In this document: in pieces, positions 25,498 through 39,060 of the stretch
How positions within the stretch are numbered: position 1 is the stretch's first letter
How the letters are laid out: each line of letters starts with the position of its first letter
Assembly (NCBI RefSeq): GCF_044324875.1
Contig: NZ_CP172185.1
Origin: Escherichia coli
GTDB lineage: Bacteria > Pseudomonadota > Gammaproteobacteria > Enterobacterales > Enterobacteriaceae
Length of the DNA: 64,000 nt
Reading direction: 5' to 3' (one strand)
Translations under genes and position numbers: made by a program
The notes under the pieces: model-generated
The model's database searches: none
Told to the model about the DNA's origin: nothing
The model's input: only the letters and a program-made list of their open reading frames with translations

Positions 25498-28254
25498 TTA
25501 CCCGAGAATTTTGCTGGCTTCGCGCGCGACATTATCCATCTCGTCCAACAGTTCCAGCAGCTCCGGCTCCAAATCTTCTTCTTTAGTACCGCTACGTAGC
25601 TGTTGTTCGATCAGCTGGCAGAGATTCTTCATACGCGGCACACCGCTATAGCCGCAACTGCCATGCAGTTTATGAATCAAATCAACCAGGCCTTCCGGGT
25701 TTTCTCCAACCAGCTGTTCCTCAACTTTGTTGCGAACTTCAGGCAGGAAATCGAGTAACATTTGCAGCATATCGCGCGCTAAATCGGTTTTTCCTGCTGC
25801 CTGGCGTAGTGCCAGTTGCCAGTCGAGGGTCGCATTCGGGTTCACCACAATTTCGTTGACTTCGGGCGTCACGACGCGAGACGAAATACCGCTGCCAGGC
25901 TTGTAGCGCAACAACAAATTATGCAATCGCTCTTCTTCAATCGGTTTCGCCAGATAATCGCTCATCCCTGCGCCAAGCAGCTTCTCTTTTTGCCCGGCCA
26001 TTGCATGCGCCGTTACCGCGATAACTGGCGTTTGTTGCTGATGGGGGAGCTGGTGGATGAGTTCGCAGGCCCGAATGCCGTCCATGTCCGGCATTTGAAT
26101 ATCCATTAAGATCAAATCGAACGGCATCTGTTTCGCCCGTTCAACCGCCTGATGCCCGCTATCGCAAAGTTCCACATGTTGCACCATATCTTCCAGCAAT
26201 GCGCCGATAAGTTTCAGGTTAGCGGGGTTGTCATCAACCGCCATGACTGTCATTGCCAGCTTACTTTCATCGGTTACAGGCAAAAGCGTGTTTTGTTTGT
26301 GATGACAAAATTCCGTCAGGGCAGGTAACAGGCGCGTAGGTGTTAATGGTTTCAGCAGACACGCGCCGATACCATCTTGCTTAAGTTTTTCAGCATTGAC
26401 TTGTGCATGGCAAGGAAGTGCCAGCATCAGGAAATCGGTCATCGATACCGCTTTCGCTAATCGCTCATGTTGCATTGTTAGCGGCTCGCGGAAGGTCACC
26501 GCAATGCCTAATAACATCATGTCGTAATGCGCGGGAGGCAGCGCGGAGAACGTTGGGCTATAAACCACTTCCAGCGGCGTTTCACTTAAAATATCCAGCG
26601 TGCATTGCGCTGCTGCGGAGTTTGGTTCGACATAGGCCAGGCGCTTGCCGGCGAGGCACTGGGTGGATGGCCCTTCGATAATAATGTTCGGGTTCAGATC
26701 GAGATTAATGTGGAACCAGAAAGTTGAACCGCGATTCGGCTGGCTATGGAACGAAATATCGCCGCCCATTTCATTAACCAGTTTTTGTGTAATCACCAGC
26801 CCCAGCCCGGTGCCACCATGACGGCGGGAAATACTGGCATCAGCCTGTCGGAAGGCCTGGAATAAGCGCGATTGATCGCGTTCAGGAATACCAATGCCGG
26901 TATCCCGAATCTGCACTTCAATCTGCACTTTAGTATTACTCAGCGCACGTTTTTCTACCAGAATATCAATGTTGCCATTCTCGGTGAATTTAATTGCATT
27001 CCCTACCAGGTTAGTGATGATTTGCTGTAATCGCAGTGGGTCGCCAATTACGTTATCGGGCACGTCGCTCTTAATATTGAGCGTCAGTTCCAGCCCTTTA
27101 TCGTGAGAAGAATGTGCCAGCAGGGTAACGACTTCATCCAGCGTGCTGCGTAGTGGGAATGGAATACTTTCCAGAATCAGCTTACCTGCTTCCAGTTTCG
27201 AGAAGTCGAGAACATCATTAATAATTGCCAGCAAATTATTTGCCGAACGTTCAATCGTATTCAGGTGATCGCGCTGCGTTGGTGTTAATTCTGTTTTCAG
27301 CGTCAGGCGGGTAAAGCCAATAACACCATTCAGTGGTGTACGCAGCTCGTGTGACATATTTGCCAAAAACTCGGATTTAATACGCGCCGCTTCCTGGGCG
27401 CGCTTTTTCGCCAGATCCAACTCAACGTTCTGAATTTCCATCTGCTCCAGCGTTTCACGCAGATCGGACGTCGCCTGGTCGATATTGTGCTGCATCTCTT
27501 CGTGATAAGCAGCCAGCGACATTGCCATCGAGTTGATACCGTTTTTCAGCATATCCAGCTCGCCGAGCATAAATCCTTCCACCCGGCTGTCGAGTTGCCC
27601 GCGACGGATGCGGTCGACGGTATTCACCATGTTGCGAATCGGACCGGTTACATCGCGCATTAAGCGCCAGCCAAAAATAAGCGCAATACCGATACAAAAC
27701 AGCATCATCACGCTGGAAATAAAGATCTCTTTATATTGCTGCAAGCGAACCGATTTAAGATCCAGCTCCAGCGCAATATATCCCAGCATATTTTGACTAT
27801 TTTTGGCATCGCTACTGGGCGATTCGTCGGGGGAGTAACTCTCAGAAATAATCGGCGTGCGGAGGATCATAATATCGCCGTCACGAGTGACAGTGAGCTG
27901 GCGAGGAAACGGCACGTTGCTGCCGAGCTGCATTGATGAAGGATCAAGATGAAAATTGGAGGTGACAAAGAGTCGGTTATTTTCATCATAAACCGAAATC
28001 GCGCGAACAATATCGGAATGGCGACGATGCAGTACGCTTATTAACTGACCGATAGATTCGCGATTTTGCAGGCTCATGCCATATTCAGTAGAAACTGCAA
28101 GCGGCTCAATAATGCTGGCTCCGGCATCTTCCAGTTGACGCTGCAAGTCGTTATAGCGATGCACAACGAAAAAGATACTCAGCAATAAACCAATAAGGAC
28201 GGTCGGTGCCAGGATCAGAATCATCATGCGTGCGCGCAGGCTGTAGTTGGTCAT
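25498..28254 (-). CDS. barA: hybrid sensor histidine kinase BarA
   Basis: 918-aa ORF with HAMP, HisKA/HATPase, receiver and HPt domains. Confidence 0.95.
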
Positions 28255-28310
28255 GGAGTTCCGTTATGGGACAATTAAGGTCACACTGTTAAATTGAGAA
28301 AGTCTCGCCA

Positions 28311-29612
28311 ATGGCGCAATTCTACTCTGCAAAACGACGCACGACGACGCGTCAGATCATAACTGTTTCAGTCAACGACCTCGACTCTTTTGGTCAGGGC
28401 GTGGCGCGACATAACGGCAAAGCGTTATTTATTCCTGGATTACTGCCACAGGAAAACGCGGAAGTTACTGTTACTGAAGATAAAAAACAGTATGCCCGCG
28501 CTAAAGTCGTGCGCCGGTTAAGCGATAGCCCGGAACGCGAAACGCCACGCTGCCCTCATTTTGGCGTATGCGGTGGCTGTCAGCAACAACACGCCAGCGT
28601 GGATTTACAGCAGCGAAGCAAAAGTGCGGCACTCGCCCGATTAATGAAACACGAAGTCTCTGAAGTGATCGCCGATGTTCCCTGGGGCTATCGCCGTCGC
28701 GCGCGTTTAAGTTTGAACTACTTACCGAAAACACAGCAACTTCAGATGGGGTTTCGCAAAGCGGGCTCCAGTGACATTGTCGACGTTAAACAATGCCCCA
28801 TTTTAGTGCCCCAACTTGAAGCATTGCTGCCCAAAGTCAGGGCATGCCTGGACAGCTTACAAGCTATGCGCCATCTTGGTCATGTTGAACTGGTACAGGC
28901 AACCAGCGGCACGCTGATGATTTTGCGCCATACCGCACCGCTAAGTTCGGCTGATCGCGAAAAACTGGAACGCTTTTCGCATTCTGAAGGCCTGGATCTG
29001 TATCTCGCCCCCGATAGTGAGATACTCGAAACCGTCGCTGGTGAGATGCCCTGGTATGACTCAAACAGGTTGCGCTTAACTTTTAGCCCGCGCGATTTTA
29101 TTCAGGTCAATGCGGGTGTGAACCAAAAAATGGTAGCGCGTGCGTTGGAATGGCTGGATGTGCAACCTGAAGATCGCGTACTGGATTTGTTCTGCGGTAT
29201 GGGCAACTTTACACTGCCATTAGCGACACAAGCTGCCAGTGTGGTGGGTGTAGAAGGTGTTCCGGCGCTGGTGGAAAAAGGCCAGCAGAATGCGCGTCTT
29301 AATGGCTTACACAATGTGACGTTTTATCACGAAAATCTTGAAGAAGATGTCACAAAGCAGCCGTGGGCGAAAAACGGCTTCGATAAAGTGTTGCTGGACC
29401 CGGCGCGAGCAGGTGCCGCAGGTGTTATGCAGCAAATTATAAAACTGGAACCTATTCGTATAGTTTATGTATCCTGTAACCCTGCAACGCTGGCTCGGGA
29501 TAGCGAAGCGTTATTAAAAGCAGGATATACCATTGCGCGACTGGCGATGCTGGATATGTTCCCACACACGGGACATCTGGAATCGATGGTACTTTTCTCG
29601 CGCGTTAAATAG
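28311..29612 (+). CDS. rlmD: 23S rRNA (uracil1939-C5)-methyltransferase RlmD (RumA)
   Basis: 433-aa ORF with TRAM domain, Fe-S cysteines and SAM-MTase domain. Confidence 0.9.
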   Translation: MAQFYSAKRRTTTRQIITVSVNDLDSFGQGVARHNGKALFIPGLLPQENAEVTVTEDKKQYARAKVVRRLSDSPERETPRCPHFGVCGGCQQQHASVDLQQRSKSAALARLMKHEVSEVIADVPWGYRRRARLSLNYLPKTQQLQMGFRKAGSSDIVDVKQCPILVPQLEALLPKVRACLDSLQAMRHLGHVELVQATSGTLMILRHTAPLSSADREKLERFSHSEGLDLYLAPDSEILETVAGEMPWYDSNRLRLTFSPRDFIQVNAGVNQKMVARALEWLDVQPEDRVLDLFCGMGNFTLPLATQAASVVGVEGVPALVEKGQQNARLNGLHNVTFYHENLEEDVTKQPWAKNGFDKVLLDPARAGAAGVMQQIIKLEPIRIVYVSCNPATLARDSEALLKAGYTIARLAMLDMFPHTGHLESMVLFSRVK

Positions 29613-29659
29613 TTGCGATTTGCCGATTTCGGCAGGTCTGGTCCCTAAAGGAGAGGACG

Positions 29660-31894
29660 ATGGTTGCGGTAAGAAGTGCACATATCAATAAGGCTGGTGA
29701 ATTTGATCCGGAAAAATGGATCGCAAGTCTGGGTATTACCAGCCAGAAGTCGTGTGAGTGCTTAGCCGAAACCTGGGCGTATTGTCTGCAACAGACGCAG
29801 GGGCATCCGGATGCCAGTCTGTTATTGTGGCGTGGTGTTGAGATGGTGGAGATCCTCTCGACATTAAGTATGGACATTGACACGCTGCGGGCGGCGCTGC
29901 TGTTCCCTCTGGCGGATGCCAACGTAGTCAGCGAAGATGTGCTGCGTGAGAGCGTCGGTAAGTCGGTCGTTAACCTTATTCACGGCGTGCGTGATATGGC
30001 GGCGATCCGCCAGCTGAAAGCGACGCATACCGATTCTGTTTCCTCCGAACAGGTCGATAACGTTCGCCGGATGTTATTGGCGATGGTCGATGATTTTCGC
30101 TGCGTGGTCATCAAACTGGCAGAGCGTATTGCTCATCTGCGCGAAGTAAAAGACGCGCCGGAAGATGAACGCGTACTGGCGGCAAAAGAGTGCACCAATA
30201 TCTACGCGCCGTTGGCGAACCGTCTTGGGATTGGACAACTGAAATGGGAGCTGGAAGATTACTGCTTCCGTTATCTCCACCCGACCGAATACAAACGCAT
30301 CGCAAAACTGCTGCATGAACGCCGTCTCGACCGCGAACACTATATCGAAGAGTTTGTCGGCCATCTGCGCGCTGAGATGAAAGCTGAAGGCGTTAAAGCT
30401 GAAGTGTATGGTCGTCCGAAACACATCTACAGCATCTGGCGCAAAATGCAGAAAAAGAACCTCGCCTTCGATGAGCTGTTTGATGTGCGTGCGGTACGTA
30501 TTGTCGCCGAGCGTTTACAGGATTGTTATGCCGCACTGGGGATAGTGCACACTCACTATCGCCACCTGCCGGATGAGTTTGACGATTACGTCGCTAACCC
30601 GAAACCAAACGGTTATCAGTCTATTCATACCGTGGTTCTGGGACCAGGTGGCAAAACCGTTGAGATCCAAATCCGCACTAAACAGATGCATGAAGATGCA
30701 GAGTTGGGTGTTGCTGCGCACTGGAAATATAAAGAGGGCGCGGCAGCTGGCGGCGCACGTTCGGGACATGAAGACCGGATTGCCTGGCTGCGTAAACTGA
30801 TTGCGTGGCAGGAAGAGATGGCTGATTCCGGCGAAATGCTCGACGAAGTACGCAGCCAGGTATTTGACGACCGGGTGTATGTCTTTACGCCGAAAGGTGA
30901 TGTCATTGATTTGCCTGCGGGATCAACACCGCTGGACTTCGCTTACCACATCCACAGTGATGTCGGACACCGCTGCATCGGGGCAAAAATTGGCGGGCGC
31001 ATTGTGCCGTTCACCTACCAGCTGCAGATGGGCGACCAGATTGAAATTATCACCCAGAAACAGCCGAACCCCAGCCGTGACTGGTTAAACCCAAACCTCG
31101 GTTACGTCACAACCAGCCGTGGGCGTTCGAAAATTCACGCCTGGTTCCGTAAACAGGACCGTGACAAAAACGTTCTGGCTGGGCGGCAAATCCTTGACGA
31201 CGAGCTGGAACATCTGGGGATCAGCCTGAAAGAAGCAGAAAAACATCTGCTGCCGCGTTACAACTTCAATGATGTCGACGAGTTGCTGGCGGCGATTGGT
31301 GGCGGGGATATCCGTCTCAATCAGATGGTGAACTTCCTGCAATCGCAATTTAATAAGCCGAGTGCCGAAGAGCAGGACGCCGCCGCGCTGAAGCAACTTC
31401 AGCAAAAAAGCTACACGCCGCAAAACCGCAGTAAAGATAACGGTCGTGTGGTGGTTGAAGGTGTCGGTAACCTGATGCACCACATCGCGCGCTGCTGCCA
31501 GCCGATTCCTGGAGATGAGATTGTCGGCTTCATTACCCAGGGACGCGGTATTTCAGTACACCGCGCCGATTGCGAACAACTGGCGGAACTGCGCTCCCAT
31601 GCGCCAGAACGCATTGTTGACGCGGTATGGGGTGAGAGCTACTCCGCCGGATATTCGCTGGTGGTCCGCGTGGTGGCTAATGATCGTAGTGGGTTGTTAC
31701 GTGATATCACGACCATTCTTGCCAACGAGAAGGTGAACGTACTTGGCGTTGCCAGCCGTAGCGACACCAAACAGCAACTGGCGACCATCGACATGACCAT
31801 TGAGATTTACAACCTGCAAGTGCTGGGGCGCGTGCTGGGTAAACTCAACCAGGTGCCGGATGTTATCGACGCGCGTCGGTTGCACGGGAGTTAG
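29660..31894 (+). CDS. relA: GTP pyrophosphokinase RelA, (p)ppGpp synthetase I
   Basis: 744-aa ORF ending DVIDARRLHGS. Confidence 0.95.
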   Translation: MVAVRSAHINKAGEFDPEKWIASLGITSQKSCECLAETWAYCLQQTQGHPDASLLLWRGVEMVEILSTLSMDIDTLRAALLFPLADANVVSEDVLRESVGKSVVNLIHGVRDMAAIRQLKATHTDSVSSEQVDNVRRMLLAMVDDFRCVVIKLAERIAHLREVKDAPEDERVLAAKECTNIYAPLANRLGIGQLKWELEDYCFRYLHPTEYKRIAKLLHERRLDREHYIEEFVGHLRAEMKAEGVKAEVYGRPKHIYSIWRKMQKKNLAFDELFDVRAVRIVAERLQDCYAALGIVHTHYRHLPDEFDDYVANPKPNGYQSIHTVVLGPGGKTVEIQIRTKQMHEDAELGVAAHWKYKEGAAAGGARSGHEDRIAWLRKLIAWQEEMADSGEMLDEVRSQVFDDRVYVFTPKGDVIDLPAGSTPLDFAYHIHSDVGHRCIGAKIGGRIVPFTYQLQMGDQIEIITQKQPNPSRDWLNPNLGYVTTSRGRSKIHAWFRKQDRDKNVLAGRQILDDELEHLGISLKEAEKHLLPRYNFNDVDELLAAIGGGDIRLNQMVNFLQSQFNKPSAEEQDAAALKQLQQKSYTPQNRSKDNGRVVVEGVGNLMHHIARCCQPIPGDEIVGFITQGRGISVHRADCEQLAELRSHAPERIVDAVWGESYSAGYSLVVRVVANDRSGLLRDITTILANEKVNVLGVASRSDTKQQLATIDMTIEIYNLQVLGRVLGKLNQVPDVIDARRLHGS

Positions 31895-31989
31895 TCTTAC
31901 ATAGCTGGATATGGCGTCAGCCGTATCCAGCGATATCTTTTACTCGAAGGTATTACACCTGACAGACCCGCAATTTTCAGGACAATTCA

Positions 31990-32781
31990 ATGAATCAAAT
32001 CGACCGTTTGCTCACTATTATGCAGCGCCTGCGCGACCCGGAAAACGGCTGCCCGTGGGATAAAGAGCAGACATTTGCCACCATTGCGCCTTACACCCTT
32101 GAAGAAACCTACGAAGTGCTGGACGCCATCGCCCGTGAAGATTTTGACGATCTTCGCGGTGAACTGGGCGATCTGCTATTCCAGGTGGTGTTTTACGCGC
32201 AAATGGCTCAGGAAGAAGGGCGCTTTGACTTTAATGATATTTGCGCTGCTATTAGCGATAAATTAGAGCGTCGCCATCCGCATGTTTTTGCTGACAGTTC
32301 TGCCGAAAACAGTAGTGAAGTGCTTACCCGTTGGGAGCAAATCAAAACCGAAGAGCGCGCGCAGAAAGCGCAGCATTCAGCGCTGGACGATATTCCTCGT
32401 AGTTTACCGGCTTTAATGCGTGCGCAAAAAATCCAGAAACGTTGCGCCAACGTTGGTTTCGACTGGACGACGCTTGGTCCGGTAGTCGATAAAGTCTACG
32501 AAGAGATCGACGAGGTGATGTACGAGGCGCGGCAGGCTGTTATCGACCAGGCTAAACTGGAGGAGGAAATGGGTGACCTGCTGTTTGCCACGGTCAACAT
32601 GGCACGCCATTTAGGGACAAAAGCAGAGATTGCACTACAAAAAGCCAATGAAAAATTCGAGCGCCGTTTTCGCGAAGTGGAGCGTATTGTTGCCGCGCGT
32701 GGACTGGAAATGACAGGTGTTGACCTCGAAACAATGGAAGAAGTCTGGCAACAGGTAAAACGGCAGGAAATTGATCTCTAA
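31990..32781 (+). CDS. mazG: nucleoside triphosphate pyrophosphohydrolase MazG
   Basis: 263-aa ORF beginning MNQIDRLLTIMQRLRDPENGCPWDKEQTF. Confidence 0.95.
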   Translation: MNQIDRLLTIMQRLRDPENGCPWDKEQTFATIAPYTLEETYEVLDAIAREDFDDLRGELGDLLFQVVFYAQMAQEEGRFDFNDICAAISDKLERRHPHVFADSSAENSSEVLTRWEQIKTEERAQKAQHSALDDIPRSLPALMRAQKIQKRCANVGFDWTTLGPVVDKVYEEIDEVMYEARQAVIDQAKLEEEMGDLLFATVNMARHLGTKAEIALQKANEKFERRFREVERIVAARGLEMTGVDLETMEEVWQQVKRQEIDL

Positions 32782-32993
32782 GGGAATTACGTGGTCAAGC
32801 GCGATTTGTGTCATTTTTTAAATGACAAGCGCTTGATTTGCGTCAAAAACATTTACCCCAAAGGGGCTATTTTCTCACTCCTGATTTCAATAGTGCGCTG
32901 GCGAAGAGGAGGGATAATGAAAGTTTGTGGCACAGGTCATGTTCGGGTATACTGCTTTCCCGTCCTGGTTATTCCATCGTCTTTTCAACCTAA

Positions 32994-34646
<1,653 letters not shown>

Positions 34647-34718
34647 GTAAAAAAGTTAGAACGGCAACGCGTACCCTGGGTACGCGTTGTTTGTCTGGAG
34701 TTTCAGTTTAACTAGTGA

Positions 34719-36032
<1,314 letters not shown>

Positions 36033-36050
36033 GTCTGACTTTATCTGATT

Positions 36051-36082
36051 AAAAAATGCCAGCCTTCGGGCTGGCATTTTTT
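36051..36082. terminator. bidirectional intrinsic terminator between convergent eno and the TPM operon
   Basis: AAAAAATGCCAGCC-TTCG-GGCTGGCATTTTTT hairpin flanked by A-run and T-run. Confidence 0.8.
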
Positions 36083-36091
36083 ATGGTTGAG

Positions 36092-36985
36092 TTACCAGCG
36101 ACCGGACGCGCCGCCACCGCCAGAAGAACCGCCCCCGCCGCTAAATCCGCCGCCACTTGAGCCGCCACCGGAAGAGGATGAAGAAGAACCTTTTCTTGAA
36201 GCTCTTTCTTTACTGAGTTTTTTGTATTTGGCGCGTAGCTTTTTATTAACGATAAGCCAAAAAATAACCAGTGGTACGATAGCAAAAGGCGTGAGCATAC
36301 CGCAGGCAACGATTAAATTCGTCCATGGTCCTGGCTCGGCAACATAGAGGAATACCATCCCATAAATTCCGCCAGTCAGTGCTATCCAGGGTAAATTCGA
36401 CGGATCGGTAAAAACAATAAAATATGAAAGTACCGCCAGCAATATAATTACAGCAAGCGATAATGGAATAGGGGGATTGATACTGTAATAATCCCCCCTG
36501 TCTTCCGGTAATTCACCATTCAACAGAAGCGCTCCGATATTTTCGCTTGCCAGTGTTAACCCACCCATCAAGTCATCACTTTTGAAGGCTGGGATTAATA
36601 TATTACGGATAATCTTCGCTGCTTGCAGATCGGTAACCACCCCTTCCAGCCCGTAGCCCACTTCTATACGGACAGCATGATCTTCCCAGGCAACCAGCAG
36701 TAAAATACCATCGTTTCGCTGCTTATCTCCCAGTTTCCAGCTATCAAAAACGCGTGTTGCATATTGTTCAATGGTATCGTCTCCGGTGGATGGCACTATT
36801 AATACGGCGACCTGGGCCCGTGTTTTTTGTGTGATATCCTGCAGCTGTTGTGTCAGTGATTGTTGTTCAGACGTGCTTAACGTACCAGTAATATCGGTCA
36901 CCTGTTGGCGCAGCTCCGGCACAGCAATTTGCTGGGCAAGCCCAGGAAGGCACCATAAAGTAAGTAGAAAAAAGATTAAGCGCAT
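36092..36985 (-). CDS. ygcG: TPM-domain membrane protein (YgcG-like), paralog C
   Basis: 297-aa ORF: signal peptide, TPM/DUF477-like domain, hydrophobic segments, Gly/Ser-rich tail ending GRW; symbol assigned by position next to eno only. Confidence 0.7.
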   Translation of the reverse strand: MRLIFFLLTLWCLPGLAQQIAVPELRQQVTDITGTLSTSEQQSLTQQLQDITQKTRAQVAVLIVPSTGDDTIEQYATRVFDSWKLGDKQRNDGILLLVAWEDHAVRIEVGYGLEGVVTDLQAAKIIRNILIPAFKSDDLMGGLTLASENIGALLLNGELPEDRGDYYSINPPIPLSLAVIILLAVLSYFIVFTDPSNLPWIALTGGIYGMVFLYVAEPGPWTNLIVACGMLTPFAIVPLVIFWLIVNKKLRAKYKKLSKERASRKGSSSSSSGGGSSGGGFSGGGGSSGGGGASGRW

Positions 36986-36990
36986 AATGA

Positions 36991-38139
36991 TTACCAGCGT
37001 CCGGATGAACCGCCGCCTCCTGAAGAACCACCACCACCGCGGAAAGAATTTCTCGACGAAGAGCGAGAATGAGCATTACGATTCCCCGTTTTCCTGTTGC
37101 TTTTTTCTCCTGACCCCAGTTTAAGATTGCCAGTAAATTTGGCCACAATGATCAGCAGAACTATGCCAGCAATGGTTATTGGGCCGATAAAATGATCAAT
37201 TAGCCCAATAATTGTTGAGATGAATGCAATATCTTTATTACTGGCGAACACCAGGCACCATCCCACAATAATTATCAGCATCACGACAAACAATGAATTT
37301 CGTCCTGATTCACGAACCTGCGGAGTCTTCTTTTGTTTTTTCACTTTAGTGTTTTTATTTTTGGGGGCCAGCATCATAGGAAATGCGCGGCACATATTAA
37401 AAACTACCGCGAGACGCTGCCAGCAGGTTGTTGCTAACAATAAACTAAAACAAACGACCGATACCCGCCGAATGATGACATCGTCCTGAAAGGAGAAAAA
37501 CCAGACCATAGGGGTAATCATCGATATCATCCATATGCCACGCCCTGGGCGGCTGGCAAATCGCCAGAGGACAACGATGGCAACGATCATCAGCAGTGTC
37601 CAGGCAAGACAAGGCAGCGAACGTTGCGGATTAGCAAACAGATGATTGGCTAAAGCATCCAAAGGGCTAAGGTTCGCTTTGATATGGGTAAACTGTGCGA
37701 TGCTTTCAATTCCGCCCGTTAATCCAGCAAAGAGATTGTTTTTTTCGAATTCTGGCTGCATATGGTAACGAACAATTTGCGCAGCTTGTTCCGGCGGCAA
37801 CATCTGTTCCAGTCCATGTCCAATCTTCATTGACGCCAGCCCTTCCGGCCATACGACGAGAATTAAGATACCTTCGCCATATCGCTTCTCTCCAACGGGT
37901 TTCCAGTGATATACCCCGTATCTCTGCGAGGCTGCAAGTTTAATGTTTTTGCCCCCTGTGGTCGGCGTGACCAACACGGCCACCTGGAAGTGGTTTTGCT
38001 GCACGAGAGTCTGTAATTGTTGAGTTAAAGCAGTTTGTTCTTCTGTCGTTAATGTCCCGGTTAAGTCAGTTACTGAAGGCAATTGTTCAGCGAATACCTG
38101 AAAACCGCATAGCATCAGAAGTAAGAGAAAAATACGCAT
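36991..38139 (-). CDS. TPM-domain membrane protein, divergent paralog B
   Basis: 382-aa ORF: signal peptide, TPM-like N-domain, several hydrophobic segments, Lys-rich linker, Gly/Ser tail ending GRW; 5 bp upstream of paralog C. Confidence 0.7.
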   Translation of the reverse strand: MRIFLLLLMLCGFQVFAEQLPSVTDLTGTLTTEEQTALTQQLQTLVQQNHFQVAVLVTPTTGGKNIKLAASQRYGVYHWKPVGEKRYGEGILILVVWPEGLASMKIGHGLEQMLPPEQAAQIVRYHMQPEFEKNNLFAGLTGGIESIAQFTHIKANLSPLDALANHLFANPQRSLPCLAWTLLMIVAIVVLWRFASRPGRGIWMISMITPMVWFFSFQDDVIIRRVSVVCFSLLLATTCWQRLAVVFNMCRAFPMMLAPKNKNTKVKKQKKTPQVRESGRNSLFVVMLIIIVGWCLVFASNKDIAFISTIIGLIDHFIGPITIAGIVLLIIVAKFTGNLKLGSGEKSNRKTGNRNAHSRSSSRNSFRGGGGSSGGGGSSGRW

Positions 38140-38153
38140 ATCAATTCCTTTTG

Positions 38154-39047
38154 TTACCAGCGCCCGGAAGCGCCACCGCCACCAGATGAACCGCCACCAC
38201 CGCTGAAATTGTCATTGTTGAATGAAGAGGATGACGATGATGAATAGTGGGAGGAAGAATTGCTTCTTGTATGGCGTGATGGCTGGTTGGCATCACGCAT
38301 CGAATCCCGAACCTTTTTGCCGAAGGGGGTAAAAGCGATGGCGACAGCCAGGAACGGTGTGGCGAAGCAGAGTAATGTTGCGAGTACTCCCCAGCTTCCG
38401 CTGAAGCCTGCTATAGGTAAAACAAAGGCCAGTACAATAGCTGCGAAGCAAATTACTCCCAGCGTTTTGATATATCCTCTGGCAGAAATAAACGTCAGTA
38501 CTATCGCCCAGACTAACAAAGCCCACCAACCGCTAAAAGGCAAAGGGTGATCGGTCGGTGTTATCGTTGCTAAATTATTCCCCGTCAGACGACTTTCAAT
38601 ATCGCTGATTCCCTTTTGCAAACCACCAGCCAGGTCCCCTTTTTTAAATGCCGGAATAATACTGTTGCGAATAATTTTCCCGGACTGTGCATCCGTAATA
38701 ATACCTTCCAGTCCGTAACCGATTTCAATACGCACGGTATGATCCTGCCAGGCGACTAACAGTAGAACGCCATCATCGTGGTCTTTATCACCCGGTTTCC
38801 AGCTATCGAATACCCGCGTTGCGTACTGCTCGATGGTTTCATCGCCTGTTGTTTCAACCACTAACACGACCAACTGTGCGTTGTTTTTTTGCGTCAGGGC
38901 TTTAATCTGGTTGGTCAGGGTGTTTACTTCACTGTTTGTCAATGTGCCGGTTAAGTCATTCACATACCTGGGTGATTCAGGTACTGGAATTTGTGTGGCA
39001 AACACAGATGAACAGAAGAAAGCCATAAGGAAGATAAAATTTCGCAT
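38154..39047 (-). CDS. TPM-domain membrane protein, paralog A
   Basis: Close paralog of 36092-36985; ORF runs to 39077, but the start at 39047 (MRNFIFLMAFFCSSVFA signal peptide, GGAAG RBS) avoids overlapping lemA. Confidence 0.7.
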   Translation of the reverse strand: MRNFIFLMAFFCSSVFATQIPVPESPRYVNDLTGTLTNSEVNTLTNQIKALTQKNNAQLVVLVVETTGDETIEQYATRVFDSWKPGDKDHDDGVLLLVAWQDHTVRIEIGYGLEGIITDAQSGKIIRNSIIPAFKKGDLAGGLQKGISDIESRLTGNNLATITPTDHPLPFSGWWALLVWAIVLTFISARGYIKTLGVICFAAIVLAFVLPIAGFSGSWGVLATLLCFATPFLAVAIAFTPFGKKVRDSMRDANQPSRHTRSNSSSHYSSSSSSSFNNDNFSGGGGSSGGGGASGRW

Positions 39048-39060
39048 ATAACTTCCCCGC

